Of a DNA stretch of 64,000 nt, positions 11,433 to 21,594 are shown piece by piece. The stretch covers positions 227,709 through 291,708 of the forward strand of contig CAWIXZ010000001.1 in NCBI GenBank assembly GCA_963840205.1, in the 5' to 3' direction. The notes under the pieces were generated by a model. That model saw only the letters and a list, made by a program, of their open reading frames with translations. It ran no database searches and had not been told where the DNA came from. Positions within the stretch are counted from its first letter, which is position 1, and each line of letters opens with the position of its first letter. The stretch is from an uncultured Chloroflexia bacterium. Lineage in GTDB: Bacteria > Chloroflexota > Limnocylindria > QHBO01. The translations under genes were made by a program, and so were the position numbers.

Positions 11433-12452
11433 GTGTTCGGAGGACGCAGGCGCCGCGAGGCTGCAGAAGCCGCCAAGGAGGCAGAGCGTCGCGCGCTCTT
11501 CGCGCAGCTCGCCCAGCGCCCCGCGCACATCTGTCCCTTCCTGGGCCTGGCGTACGAACGGACCGCGTACGTCGACGGACCGAGCATGGAGCACCGATGC
11601 TTCGCGTTCGGTGAGCCGGCGCCCCTCTCCTCCGAGCAGCAGACGCGCGTCTGCCAGGAAAGGGGGTACGGCCAGTGCCCCCGCTACCTGCGCGGGTTGC
11701 TCGTCACGCCCACCGAGGAGCTGCAGGCCCTGCGCAATCCGCAGGCTGCGGCGGCAGCCGCCGCAGCCATGGCCGCACCCCTTCCGCCTCCGCCGCCGCG
11801 CCGCCCCCTTGCGAAGCCCGCGCCGCCACCCCGAACGCCGCCCCCGAGGCCGCCGCGCAGCCACCGGCGGGGGATCCTGGCAGTCGTGGTCTTCGTGATG
11901 GTCCTGGTCGTCCTGGCGGTTGCGGCCGGTGCGGGCTACCTCCTCCTCTGGCGCGAGGGGGCCGCCTTGAATCCGATCGAGACCCCTCAGCCCAGCCTCA
12001 CCGCCGCTGCGTCCGCCACGGCGGCGCCGAGGCCGACACCGACCACGAGGCCGACACCGACCGAGAGGGCGACACCGAACGCGTCCGACCTCGTCTCGCC
12101 GACACCCGAGCCCACCCCATCGGCGGGGGATACGTTCGCCTTCTACGAGGTCTCAGTGGGTCCCGGAAGCAACCTCCTGTTCGAGGTCGACGATGACGGC
12201 AGCGTCGGCGACCAGCGGCTCGGGTCGTTCAACGACTACTCGTTCGCGCGGGTCGAGGCGATCCAGGGCACGGACGGAGAGGTCTATTGGCGCACTCAGG
12301 ATGGCGGCCTCGCGGGCCTGGCCTATCGGTATCCCGAGAGCGCGGAGTTCCGAATTCGCGCCGTCTTCATCGACGACGGCGGTTCGCGGCGCTCGATCTA
12401 CCTCGAGGAGGAAGACCTGACGACGTTCCCCGAGGCGACTCCCGCTCCCTGA
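11433..12452 (+). CDS. Hypothetical single-pass membrane protein with an N-terminal cytoplasmic Cys4 motif, a Pro/Ala-rich linker and a C-terminal extracytoplasmic domain
   Basis: 339-aa ORF with a GTG start and a GGGAGGGG ribosome-binding site. Cys4 segment: ICPFLG...HRCFAF...RVCQERGYGQCPRY. A PPPPPRRP low-complexity linker precedes the TM segment ILAVVVFVMVLVVLAVAAGAGYLLL. It lies directly upstream of mraZ. Confidence 0.55.
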   Translation: MFGGRRRREAAEAAKEAERRALFAQLAQRPAHICPFLGLAYERTAYVDGPSMEHRCFAFGEPAPLSSEQQTRVCQERGYGQCPRYLRGLLVTPTEELQALRNPQAAAAAAAAMAAPLPPPPPRRPLAKPAPPPRTPPPRPPRSHRRGILAVVVFVMVLVVLAVAAGAGYLLLWREGAALNPIETPQPSLTAAASATAAPRPTPTTRPTPTERATPNASDLVSPTPEPTPSAGDTFAFYEVSVGPGSNLLFEVDDDGSVGDQRLGSFNDYSFARVEAIQGTDGEVYWRTQDGGLAGLAYRYPESAEFRIRAVFIDDGGSRRSIYLEEEDLTTFPEATPAP

Positions 12453-12515
12453 GCCGCCGGCGGCGTAATCCGCCCCGATCCGCTTCCCCCACGCCGCCCA
12501 GCCGAGAGAAAACCC

Positions 12516-12544
12516 CTTGACGGGCATCCGATGCCCTGTATAGT
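12516..12544 (+). promoter_or_regulatory. Candidate sigma-70-type promoter of the mraZ operon
   Basis: CTTGAC (12516-12521), a 17-bp spacer that contains the inverted repeat GGGCATCcGATGCCC, then TATAGT (12539-12544). Confidence 0.5.
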
Positions 12545-12550
12545 GGCGGC

Positions 12551-12590
12551 TCGTGGTTCCAAATGGGGCCAAATGGGGACTAGTGGTGAC
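12551..12590 (+). promoter_or_regulatory. Putative MraZ operator: four direct repeats with 10-bp periodicity
   Basis: tcGTGGttcc / aaaTGGGGcc / aaaTGGGGac / tagTGGTGac lie between the promoter and the mraZ ATG (12602). MraZ is known to bind tandem GTGG-type repeats spaced one helical turn apart upstream of its own gene. Confidence 0.5.
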
Positions 12591-12601
12591 CCGAGCACAC
12601 A

Positions 12602-13051
12602 ATGGACCGAGCGCCCTTCCTTACCGGGGAGTTCCGGCACGCGCTGGACGACCGAGGCCGCGTCGCGGTCCCGGTGCGGTTCCGCGGGCGCCTGGCGCAG
12701 GGAGCGACGCTGTCGCGCTGGCTCGATGGATGCCTGGCGATCTTCCCCTCGGACACCTGGGAAGACCTCGCGGCGAGGATCCAGGCGCTCCCCACCACGA
12801 ACGCGAATGCGCGGCAGTTCGGCCGCTTCATGAGCTCCGGCGCGGTCGAGGTGGAGCTCGACCGCCAGGGCCGCGTCCTGGTCCCCAGCTATCTGCGCGA
12901 CTACGCCGGCCTGACCCTCGGCGAGGTGGTCGTGGTCGGCGCGCTGAACAGGCTCGAGATCTGGTCACCGAAGCGGTGGGAACCGTATCGGTCGCAGATC
13001 GAGGGCGAGCCGGAGGCGCTCGCGGAGCACCTCGCCGACCTGGGCATCTGA
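12602..13051 (+). CDS. mraZ: Transcriptional regulator MraZ
   Basis: Intact 149-aa ORF with two MraZ repeats (DDRGRVAVP...., LDRQGRVLVP). Confidence 0.9.
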   Translation: MDRAPFLTGEFRHALDDRGRVAVPVRFRGRLAQGATLSRWLDGCLAIFPSDTWEDLAARIQALPTTNANARQFGRFMSSGAVEVELDRQGRVLVPSYLRDYAGLTLGEVVVVGALNRLEIWSPKRWEPYRSQIEGEPEALAEHLADLGI

Positions 13052-13117
13052 TGATGCCCAGCCATTCATGCGTCTCTGGGCCGGTCGGCCCGTCGCTCGA
13101 CTTACGAGGTTCGCCAC

Positions 13118-14065
13118 ATGGGAGAAGGGCACCTGCCGGTCCTGGTCGACGAGGTTCTTGCCTCGCTGGCCGTGGGTCCCGGCAGCTCCACGGCGGACTG
13201 CACGGTCGGCGGCGGTGGGCACGCCGAGCGGCTCCTGGAGACCACGTCTCCCGATGGTCGCCTGCTCGGCATCGATGCCGATCGGGCGGCCGTCGAGGAG
13301 GCGAAACGAGTCCTCGCGCGCTTTGGATCGCGGGTGATCCTGCGGCACGCGAACTTCGAGTCCCTCTACGACGTGGCGACCGAGGCCGCGATGGTTCCGC
13401 TCGACGGAGTCCTGTTCGACCTGGGGCTCAGCAGCTACCAACTGGCGGATCCGTCCCGCGGATTCAGCTTCGCGGCGGAGACGCCGCCGGACATGCGCTT
13501 CGATGAAACAGCTGGTCTCTCGGCCCTCGACCTCATCGATCGTTCATCGGAGCGAGAGCTCGCCGCGATCCTCTCCACGTTTGGTGAAGAGCGCCGTGCA
13601 GGCCGCATCGCGAAGGCGATCGTGGCGGCGCGTGCGGAAGGGCGTCTCGTGACCGCCGCGGACCTCGCCGAGGTCGTGGCGCGGGCCGCGCCCGCGCGCC
13701 CCGGCGGCGCCGACGCAGGGCGCATCCATCCGGCGACGCGAACGTTCCAGGGTCTCCGGATCGCGGTCAACCGCGAGGTCGAGGTCCTCTCCGCCGGGCT
13801 GGCCGGGGCGCTCGCCGCCCTCCGGCCGGGCGGGCGCATGGCGGTCATCAGCTACCACAGCATCGAGGATCGGATCGTCAAGCGGTTCATCGTCCGCGAG
13901 AGCCGCGACTGCATCGAGGATCCGCTGCCGCCGGTCTGTACCTGCGGCCACCGCGCGCAGCTGCGCGCGGTCACGAAGGGCGTCATCACCGCTGGACCCG
14001 ACGAGGTCCGGCGGAACCGCCGCGCGCGCAGCGCAAAGCTGCGCGTCGCCGAGAAACTGGCCTGA
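13118..14065 (+). CDS. rsmH: 16S rRNA (cytosine1402-N4)-methyltransferase
   Basis: HLPVLVDEVL, GGGGHAE, LDGVLFDLGLSSYQL, GFSF, MAVISYHSIEDRIVKRF. Confidence 0.9.
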   Translation: MGEGHLPVLVDEVLASLAVGPGSSTADCTVGGGGHAERLLETTSPDGRLLGIDADRAAVEEAKRVLARFGSRVILRHANFESLYDVATEAAMVPLDGVLFDLGLSSYQLADPSRGFSFAAETPPDMRFDETAGLSALDLIDRSSERELAAILSTFGEERRAGRIAKAIVAARAEGRLVTAADLAEVVARAAPARPGGADAGRIHPATRTFQGLRIAVNREVEVLSAGLAGALAALRPGGRMAVISYHSIEDRIVKRFIVRESRDCIEDPLPPVCTCGHRAQLRAVTKGVITAGPDEVRRNRRARSAKLRVAEKLA

Positions 14066-14319
14066 CGGCCAGGCACGAGGAGGGTCCAGCCATGAGCAGA
14101 GGACGGTCTCGCCACCAGTCCAGCCGGCGCCGGATGTACTCCGCGCGCCAGCGCGACCTTCGCGAGCGCCGGCTCCACGCCGCACGGGAGATCGACGAGC
14201 CGCTCGCCGACGACCTGACGGCAATTGAGATCGAGGAGGCGAGCGACGCCGATGTCGCCGTCCCCATGTCGATGCCGTTGCGCCGCGGCGCGACCGCGGC
14301 CTGAGGCACGAGCCACCAG

Positions 14320-14745
14320 ATGGCCATCGTTGGCGCACGACCCGCTCAGCCGTGGTTCCTCGGCGGGCGCAGCGCGCGCCGGTCGCGGCCGGCGCCGGTG
14401 CGAAGCGCGCATCGCGTTCGGGCACGGCGCGTCAGGGAGTCGCGCCGCGACGTCCGCCCGCTGCTGCTGGCCATCGTGATTGCCGCGGGCCTCGCGCTCG
14501 TGTACCTGAGCCAGTCGACGCGCGTCGCGGCGACCGGCTACGAGATCGACGCGCTGCAGGCGACCCTCGCCGAGCAGCAGGCCACCCACCAGCAGCTCGT
14601 CTCCGCCATCGGCCATGCGCGTTCGCCGGCCGAGATCACCGACCGGGCCCAACGGGAGCTGGGCCTGGTTGCGCTCGACGAGGGTGCCGTGCAATTCGTG
14701 CAGGGCTCTGTCGCGCCGCCGCCCTGGTCAACTATCGACGACTGA
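14320..14745 (+). CDS. ftsL: FtsL-like cell division protein (septum formation initiator)
   Basis: Arg-rich N-terminus, a single TM segment (LLLAIVIAAGLALVYL) and a coiled-coil region, positioned between rsmH and ftsI. Confidence 0.55.
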   Translation: MAIVGARPAQPWFLGGRSARRSRPAPVRSAHRVRARRVRESRRDVRPLLLAIVIAAGLALVYLSQSTRVAATGYEIDALQATLAEQQATHQQLVSAIGHARSPAEITDRAQRELGLVALDEGAVQFVQGSVAPPPWSTIDD

Positions 14746-14782
14746 TCACGGCGCCGCCGCAGGCGCCATCACGGAGAGATGA

Positions 14783-16573
14783 ATGCTCGCCAGGACCGAC
14801 AGCCGTGCCCGCGCACTGGTCCTCCTGATCGTGGTGGCCGTCGCCGCCGGGGGAATCGGCGCACGGCTCGTCTGGTGGCAGGTGGTCCAGGCGCCGTGGC
14901 TCTCGACGGCCGCGCTCCACCAGCTGGCGCAGCATGAGGACCTCCCGGCCGAGCGCGGCGAGATCACCGATCGCAACGGCGAGCTCCTCGCGACATCCGT
15001 CCAGCTGCAGTCGGTCTTCGCGACGCCGCCGAGCCTCGCGGATCCGCGCATGGCCGCGATCACCCTGGCGACGGTGCTCCAGCTGCCGGTCGACGAGGTC
15101 CGCGCCAAGCTCGAGAGCGATCGCGCCTACGTGTGGCTTCGCCGCCGCGTGACGCCCGAGATGGCGGAGCGAGTCGCGAACCTCGATATTCACGGCGTCG
15201 GCATGATCGCCGAGACGAAGCGCGTCTACCCGGTCGAGGGCGTGGCCGCCGGAACGACGCTGGCGGCGCAGCTCATCGGCTTCGTCGACATCGACGGACG
15301 GGGCCAGTACGGGGTCGAGGGGGCAAGAGACGAGCTCCTCGCGGGCCTCGCCGGCACGGTCACCGCCCAGGGCGACGTCATCGGCCGTCGGATCGCCGAC
15401 TCGGCGACGCTGCTCCAGGAGCCGGTCGACGGTGCCGACCTGCGCCTCACCATCGATTCGGGCGTCCAGCACCTGCTGGAGCAGGAGATGTGGGCGACCG
15501 CCCAGGTGAACGCTGCGGTCGGGGTCACCGGGCTGATCATGGACGCCGAGACCGGCGCGATCCTCGCCATGGCGAGCTACCCGGCCTACGACGCGAACGA
15601 CTTCGCGACGACGGAGGCACAGCGGTTCTCGAACCCGGCGGTCGCCCGCCAGTACGAGCCGGGATCGGTCATGAAGGCCTTCACCGTTGCCGCCGCGCTC
15701 GACGCGGGAGCCATCACCACGACCGACACCTTCGTCGACGACAACAACCTCGTCATCGGCGACGTCCGTATCCAGAATGCAGACCGCTACGACCACCGCT
15801 ACGGGCACGGGCCGATCACGGCCTCGGACGTCCTCGCCCTGTCGAACAACGTGGGCGCCGCGAAGATCGGGCTCGCGCTCGGTCGAGCCGAGCTGTACGA
15901 GGCGTTCCGGCGCTTCGGGTTCGGCACCCCGACGGGAATCGAGCTCGCAGGAGAGGCTGCGGGCACGATCTGGAACCCGGACGGGCCGAACGCGTCGGGA
16001 GACCTCACGGCCGCCCAGAACGCCTTCGGCCAGGGATTGAGCGTGACGATCGTGCAGCTCGCCGCAGGCTACGCCGCGTTCGCGAATGGCGGGATGCTCG
16101 TCACGCCGCATGTGGTGGACGGCTGGACCGATGCGGACGGCACTTTCCACCCGTCCGACCGGCCTCCCGACGAGCGCATCCTTCGCGCCGACACCGCCAC
16201 GACCATGCTTCGCCTCCTCACCAACGCGGTCGACGACGGTATCGCGCGCGGCGCGGCCATCGCGGGCTACACGGTGGCCGGCAAGACCGGCACCGCCCAG
16301 ATCGCCGGTCCGCTGACCGAGATTGACGCGGACGGCCAGCCCTACGAGCGCTGGACCTACATCGACGGCTGGATCGACTCCAGCTTCGTCGGCATTCTGC
16401 CCGCGGGCGACACGAAGCTCGTCACGATCGTGCTCCTGCACCGCCCCGCAACCTGGGGCAGGTACCAGATGGCCGAGCGTCCCGAGACGGTCTACGCGAG
16501 GCTCATGCCGCAGGTCCTGGACTACCTCGCCATCCCCCCGGACCGGCCGATCGACGCGGTGGCCCAGCCATGA
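14783..16573 (+). CDS. ftsI: Peptidoglycan D,D-transpeptidase FtsI (class B PBP)
   Basis: Intact 596-aa ORF with an N-terminal TM segment. Transpeptidase motifs: SVMK (context YEPGSVMKAFTVAAAL), SNN (LSNNVGAAK), KTGTA (VAGKTGTAQI). Confidence 0.9.
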   Translation: MLARTDSRARALVLLIVVAVAAGGIGARLVWWQVVQAPWLSTAALHQLAQHEDLPAERGEITDRNGELLATSVQLQSVFATPPSLADPRMAAITLATVLQLPVDEVRAKLESDRAYVWLRRRVTPEMAERVANLDIHGVGMIAETKRVYPVEGVAAGTTLAAQLIGFVDIDGRGQYGVEGARDELLAGLAGTVTAQGDVIGRRIADSATLLQEPVDGADLRLTIDSGVQHLLEQEMWATAQVNAAVGVTGLIMDAETGAILAMASYPAYDANDFATTEAQRFSNPAVARQYEPGSVMKAFTVAAALDAGAITTTDTFVDDNNLVIGDVRIQNADRYDHRYGHGPITASDVLALSNNVGAAKIGLALGRAELYEAFRRFGFGTPTGIELAGEAAGTIWNPDGPNASGDLTAAQNAFGQGLSVTIVQLAAGYAAFANGGMLVTPHVVDGWTDADGTFHPSDRPPDERILRADTATTMLRLLTNAVDDGIARGAAIAGYTVAGKTGTAQIAGPLTEIDADGQPYERWTYIDGWIDSSFVGILPAGDTKLVTIVLLHRPATWGRYQMAERPETVYARLMPQVLDYLAIPPDRPIDAVAQP

Positions 16574-18009
16574 CGCTGGTAGACTCGGCCGTAGTCCGCA
16601 GCGTGGTCCGAGTGCCTCCGACGATCCGTCTCGACGAGCTGCTGAGCGCGGTCGGCGGCCGGCTCCAGCGGCCCACCACGGTCAGCGGCATCACCGGCGC
16701 ATCAGTCGACTCACGCCGAGTCACCCCCGGCAGCTGCTACGTGGCACTCGTCGGCGAGCGAGCCGACGGGCACCGATTCGTCGTCGACGCGCTCCGCGCG
16801 GGCGCCGTCGCGGCGCTCGTGTCCCGGCCGGTTGAGGTCCCCGAGGACCTCGACGCCGCGATCGTCCTGGTGCGGGACCCGCTCGTCGCGCTCGGCGAGC
16901 TCGCCGCCTGGTGGCGCCGGCGCCACGCGGTGCGAGTGGTGGGGATCACCGGGTCGACCGGCAAGACGATCGCCAAGGAGATCACCGCCGACGTCCTGTC
17001 GCGGACGATGACGACCCTCAGGAACGAGGGGAACCTCAACTCGGAGACCGGGCTGCCGATGACGCTCCTGCGCCTCGACGAGTCGCACCAGGCCGCGGTC
17101 CTCGAGATGAGCATGTACACCGTCGGCGAGATCGCGTGGCTGGCGGAGATCGCGCGACCGGAGGTGGGCGTCGTGCTCGCCGTCCACCCCGCGCACCTCG
17201 AGAGAGCGGGCAGCATCGAGCGCATTGCCCTCGCCAAGTCGGAGCTTCCCGCCGCCCTGCCACGCGACGGGCTGGCTGTCCTCAACGCCGACGACCCCGC
17301 GGTGGCGGCCATGCGCGCCGTCACGGAGGCACCGGTGCGCACGTTCGGGCTCGGTCCCGGGGCGGAGGTCCGCGCCGAGGAGATCTCGTCGCGCGGCCTC
17401 GCGGGCACGGAGTTCACGCTCGTCGCGCCGTGGGGCACCCGGCGCATGGTGAGCGCGCTGCCTGGGCGGCACCTCGTCCCGCACGCCCTCGCCGCGGCCG
17501 CGGTCGCGGAGCGCTTCGGCGTCCCGCTGGACGAGGTCGAGGCGGCGCTGGCGGCCGGCAGCCACGCCGCGCACCGCATGCACGTCACCGAGGCCACCTC
17601 CGGCGCCACGCTCGTGGACGACACGTACAACGCCTCGCCGGTGAGCGTGGCGGCCGCGCTCGACTTCCTCGCCGAGACGCCGCTGGCCACGGGCCGGCGG
17701 CGGGTGGCGGTGCTGGGCGACATGCTCGAGCTCGGCCCGGACGAGGAGCGTCTGCACCGCGAGATCGGGGCGCGCGCGGCGGGGGTTGCGGACGCGATCG
17801 TCGCCGTGGGTCCGCGCGGACGCTGGATCGCGGAGGCGGCACGTGCGGCGGGGCACTCCGGCGTCACGACCGTTGTTGACGCCGACGAGGCGGCCGCCGC
17901 GCTGGAGCGCGAGCTCGCGCCAGGGCCGGGCGACGTCATCCTGCTGAAGGCCTCGCGCGGCATCGGCCTCGACCGGACCGTGGAGCTGCTCGGGGGAGGC
18001 CCCGCATGA
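16570..18009 (+). CDS. murF: UDP-N-acetylmuramoyl-tripeptide--D-alanyl-D-alanine ligase
   Basis: GITGSTGKTIAKE, NEGNLNSETGLPMTLL, DDTYNASPVSVAAAL. Intact ORF overlapping its neighbours by 4 bp. Confidence 0.85.
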   Translation: MTLVDSAVVRSVVRVPPTIRLDELLSAVGGRLQRPTTVSGITGASVDSRRVTPGSCYVALVGERADGHRFVVDALRAGAVAALVSRPVEVPEDLDAAIVLVRDPLVALGELAAWWRRRHAVRVVGITGSTGKTIAKEITADVLSRTMTTLRNEGNLNSETGLPMTLLRLDESHQAAVLEMSMYTVGEIAWLAEIARPEVGVVLAVHPAHLERAGSIERIALAKSELPAALPRDGLAVLNADDPAVAAMRAVTEAPVRTFGLGPGAEVRAEEISSRGLAGTEFTLVAPWGTRRMVSALPGRHLVPHALAAAAVAERFGVPLDEVEAALAAGSHAAHRMHVTEATSGATLVDDTYNASPVSVAAALDFLAETPLATGRRRVAVLGDMLELGPDEERLHREIGARAAGVADAIVAVGPRGRWIAEAARAAGHSGVTTVVDADEAAAALERELAPGPGDVILLKASRGIGLDRTVELLGGGPA

Positions 18010-18977
18010 GCCTCGCAGAGGTCGTCATTGCGCTCCTGCTCGCCTTCAGCGGGATGGTGCTGCTCGGGCCGATCTACATCAACCTTCTGCAGCGCCTCGC
18101 CTTCGGCAAGATGATCCGCACTGACGGGCCAGCGGCCCACTTCGGCAAGGCAGGCACGCCGACCATGGGCGGCATGCTGGTCGTGGCCGTCGTCCTGTTC
18201 CTCGCCATGGCGCTCCGCATCGAGGACACCAGCACCCTGACGCCGATGCTGGCGCTCGGCGGCGTCGGGATCCTCGGCGCCATCGACGACTACGTGAACA
18301 TCCGAACCGGCGTCGGGATGCGCGGCCGCTGGAAGCTCGTGTGGCAGACCGTCGTGGCGCTGCTGGCGGCGTTCTACATCCAGCGCCACTTCGAGCTCGA
18401 CGCGCTGAACATCCCGTTCGTCGATCAGCCGATCTTCATCGGCTCCTTCGCCTTCATCCTGTTCGTCGCCTTCGTGATCGTCGGCACCAGCAACGCGGTG
18501 AACCTGACCGATGGGCTGGACGGCCTCGCGGGTGGCGTCCTCATCTTCAGCTTCGTCGCCTACCTGCTCATCGCCGCCAACCAGGAGGGCCAGGCGAACC
18601 TCGCGGTCTTCTGCGCGCTCGTCATCGGCGCGCTCATGGGCTTCCTCTGGTTCAACGTCCATCCCGCGCAGATCTTCATGGGCGACTCCGGCGCGCTCGG
18701 CCTCGGGGCGACGCTGGCGGTCGTCGCCACCATCACCGGGCAGCTGCCGCTGCTCTCGATCGTGGGCATCGTCTTCGTCGCGGTGATCATGAGCGTCGTC
18801 CTCCAGGTGCTCAGCTTCCGGCTCCGGGGCCGACGGATCTTCCGCATCGCGCCACTCCACCATCATCTCGAGCTCGTAGGCTGGGCGGAGGAGAAGATCA
18901 CGCTGCGCTTCTGGATCGTGGCGGCCCTGGCCGGCCTGCTGGGCTTCAGCGTCTTCCTCGAGAGCACCCGGCTATGA
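18006..18977 (+). CDS. mraY: Phospho-N-acetylmuramoyl-pentapeptide transferase
   Basis: Intact polytopic membrane ORF with MraY motifs (GTPTMGG, NAVNLTDGLDGLA, HHHLE). Confidence 0.95.
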   Translation: MSLAEVVIALLLAFSGMVLLGPIYINLLQRLAFGKMIRTDGPAAHFGKAGTPTMGGMLVVAVVLFLAMALRIEDTSTLTPMLALGGVGILGAIDDYVNIRTGVGMRGRWKLVWQTVVALLAAFYIQRHFELDALNIPFVDQPIFIGSFAFILFVAFVIVGTSNAVNLTDGLDGLAGGVLIFSFVAYLLIAANQEGQANLAVFCALVIGALMGFLWFNVHPAQIFMGDSGALGLGATLAVVATITGQLPLLSIVGIVFVAVIMSVVLQVLSFRLRGRRIFRIAPLHHHLELVGWAEEKITLRFWIVAALAGLLGFSVFLESTRL

Positions 18978-18987
18978 CCGTGAACCG

Positions 18988-20408
18988 ATGATGGCGGCGC
19001 CACCGCGCTCCATTCGCGCGCTTGGCGACCTGCGTGGCCGGCATGCGCTCGTCCTGGGGCTCGCGCGCTCCGGCGTCGCCGCCAGCCGCTTCCTCGCCGA
19101 TGCGGGCGCCGAGGTGACCGCCTATGACCGGCGGTCCGCCGAGGAGCTCGTGGAGGGCGTGGCGGAGCTCGAGGGCAGGCCGGTACGGCTCGCGCTGGGC
19201 GTCCCGGAGGGCGAGGCCCGTGCGCTCATCGACGCCGCCGACCTGCTCGTCACCAGCCCGTCCGTCTCCGCGCGCTTCCCGACCACGGATGCCTGGCTGC
19301 GCGAGGCGCTCCTCGCCGCCGAGGGGAGAGGTGCGGAGATCGTGAGCGAGGCCGAGCTGTTCCTGCGGCTCACCCGCGCCAGGATCCTGGGCGTCACTGG
19401 CACGAAGGGCAAGACGACCACCTCGTCGCTCGTCGCCGCGATGCTCAAGCGGGCCGGGATCCCGCACGTCCTGGGCGGCAACATCGGCACGCCGCTGGTG
19501 GAGCAGGCGGCGACCCTCGGCCCGGATGACTGGGCCGTGGTCGAGCTGTCGGAGCTCCAGCTCCCGACGATCAGCCGCGGCGCGGACGTCGCGGTCTACA
19601 CGAACATCGGCGAGGACCACCTCGATCGCCACGGGTCGGTCGAGGCCTACCGCGCCGTCAAGGCGCGCCTGGCGGAGCTCTCCGCCGACGGCGGGGCGAG
19701 TGATCCTGAACCGGGACGATCCGGGCTCGCGCGACCTCGGCTCGAGGCTGCCGACCGCGAGCGTCGAGTGGTACGGACTCGAGCCAGCCGATGGCCTCGC
19801 CGCGGAGCTCACCTCTGACGGGCTGGCTGCTTGTCGCCGGGGAGCGCCTCATGCCGGCGGCGGACGTGCCGATCCCCGGTCGCCACCTGCTCGCCGACGT
19901 CCTCGCGGCGGCGCTCGGCGCGCGCGCCGCCGGGGCCGGCCTGCCGGAGATCGCGGCCGCCGTGCGGGAGTTCCGCGGGGTGCCGCATCGGCTGGAGCTG
20001 ATCGCCGAACGGGATGGCGTCCGCTGGGTGAACGACTCGCAGGCGACGATCCCGCTCGCCGCGATCGCCGCGCTCGAGGCGTTCGACACCCCGATCGTCC
20101 TCATCGCCGGCGGCCGGCACAAGGGCCTCGATTACCGTGCGTTCGCCGATGCCATCGCATCGCGGGCTCGGGGCGTCGTGCTCATCGGCGAGACGGCTGA
20201 CGAGCTCCAGGCGCTCATCGGCGATCGAGTGCCGGTCTTCCGCGCGTCGAGCATGCCGGAGGCCGTGACGCTGGCCGCGGCGCTCGTCCGGTCCGGCGAC
20301 GTGGCGCTCCTGGCGCCCGCCGCCGCGAGCTTCGACATGTTCGACGACTACGCGGCTCGTGGCGACGCGTTCCGCGCGTCCGTCGCGGCGCTGGGAGGCG
20401 GCTCGTGA
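18988..20408 (+). CDS. murD: UDP-N-acetylmuramoylalanine--D-glutamate ligase. About 2 frame changes near 19690-19800.
   Basis: ILGVTGTKGKTTTSSL, GGNIGTPLVE, then C-terminal ORF 19791..20408 (VPHRLELIAERDGVRWVNDSQATIP, LIAGGRHKG). Confidence 0.85.
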
Positions 20409-21594
20409 CGGCCGCGACGGTCGCGGTACGCGGACGTGCCGCGAGCGGGGGCAAGACGCTCGTCCGCGGCGGCGTGAAGCGCGAGCGGCACGAGCCCGCG
20501 TTCCCGCTGCTGCTCGCGGTCATGGCGCTCACCGCCATCGGGATCGTGATGGTCTACTCGGCGTCGAGCGTGCGCTCCTACTTCAGCACCTCGGACCCCG
20601 CCTCCCAGGGCCTCGAGCAGCTCGTGTGGGCCGCGATCGGCCTCACCGGGCTGTTCGTCGCCAGCCGCCTCGACTTCCGCCACCTGCGATACCTCGCCAT
20701 CCCGGCATTCGTGATCACCTTCGGGCTGCTCATCGCCGTGCTCATCCCCGGCATCGGCTCGGAGATCAACGGGTCGCGCCGCTGGATCGTCATTCCCGCG
20801 GTCGGGTCCCTGCAGCCCGCCGAGTTCGCGAAGCTCGCCCTTGTCCTGTACCTCGCGCACTGGCTCGACCGGCGCGGGAAGGCCGCCTCCTCCTTCTGGA
20901 ACGGGCTCGATCCCGTTCGCGCTGCTCGTGGCGCCGGGATTCATCCTCATCGCCATCGAGCCGGACCTCGGGACCGCGGCGGTGTACGTCGCCGCGGCGG
21001 TCGGCGTCTTCTTCATGGCGGGCGCCAACCTCTTCTACCTGGGCGCCATCGGTGCCGGCCGTCATCGGCGCCGGCTGGTGGATGGTCAGCAACACCACCT
21101 ACCAGATGCAGCGTATCCAGACGTTCCTCGACCCGTTCCGCGACCCGCTCGACACCGGGTACAACACGATCCAGGCGCTGATGGCGCTCGCCCTGGGAGG
21201 GATCACCGGCCTTGGGCTCGGTGAGAGCCGCCAGAAGTTCCTCTATCTGCCGGCGCCCTCGACGGACTTCATCTTCGCGATCATCGGCGAGGAGTGGGGT
21301 CTTGTCGGCACGCTCACGGTCGTCGCCCTGTTCGTCGTCATCGCCTACCAGGGCTACCGGATCGCCATCAATGCGCCGGACACGTTCTCCGGGCTGCTCG
21401 CCGTGCGGCATCACCACGTGGCTCATCGCCCAGGCCTTCGTCAACATGATGGTGGTCACAGCGCTCCTGCCGGTGACCGGCATTCCGCTTCCGTTCATCA
21501 GCGCCGGCGGGTCGGCGCTGACCATCAACCTCGCGGCGATCGGGATCCTGCTCTCGATCAGTCGCGAGACCACCCAGACAGGATCATTGCGTGA
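20405..21594 (+). CDS. ftsW: Peptidoglycan glycosyltransferase FtsW (SEDS family). About 3 frame changes.
   Basis: Pieces in ORFs 20405..21181, 20841..21224, 20359..21594 and 21212..21688 (PAEFAKLALVLYLA, STDFIFAIIGEEWGLVG, PLPFISAGGSALTINLAAIGILLSISR). A TGA stop at 21592-21594 overlaps the murG ATG. Confidence 0.8.

Noticed and set aside
14092-14304. 70-aa basic ORF between rsmH and ftsL
   Set aside because: Arg-rich with no recognisable domain. It may be the mis-framed N-terminal extension of FtsL or noise. The support is too weak to call it a gene.
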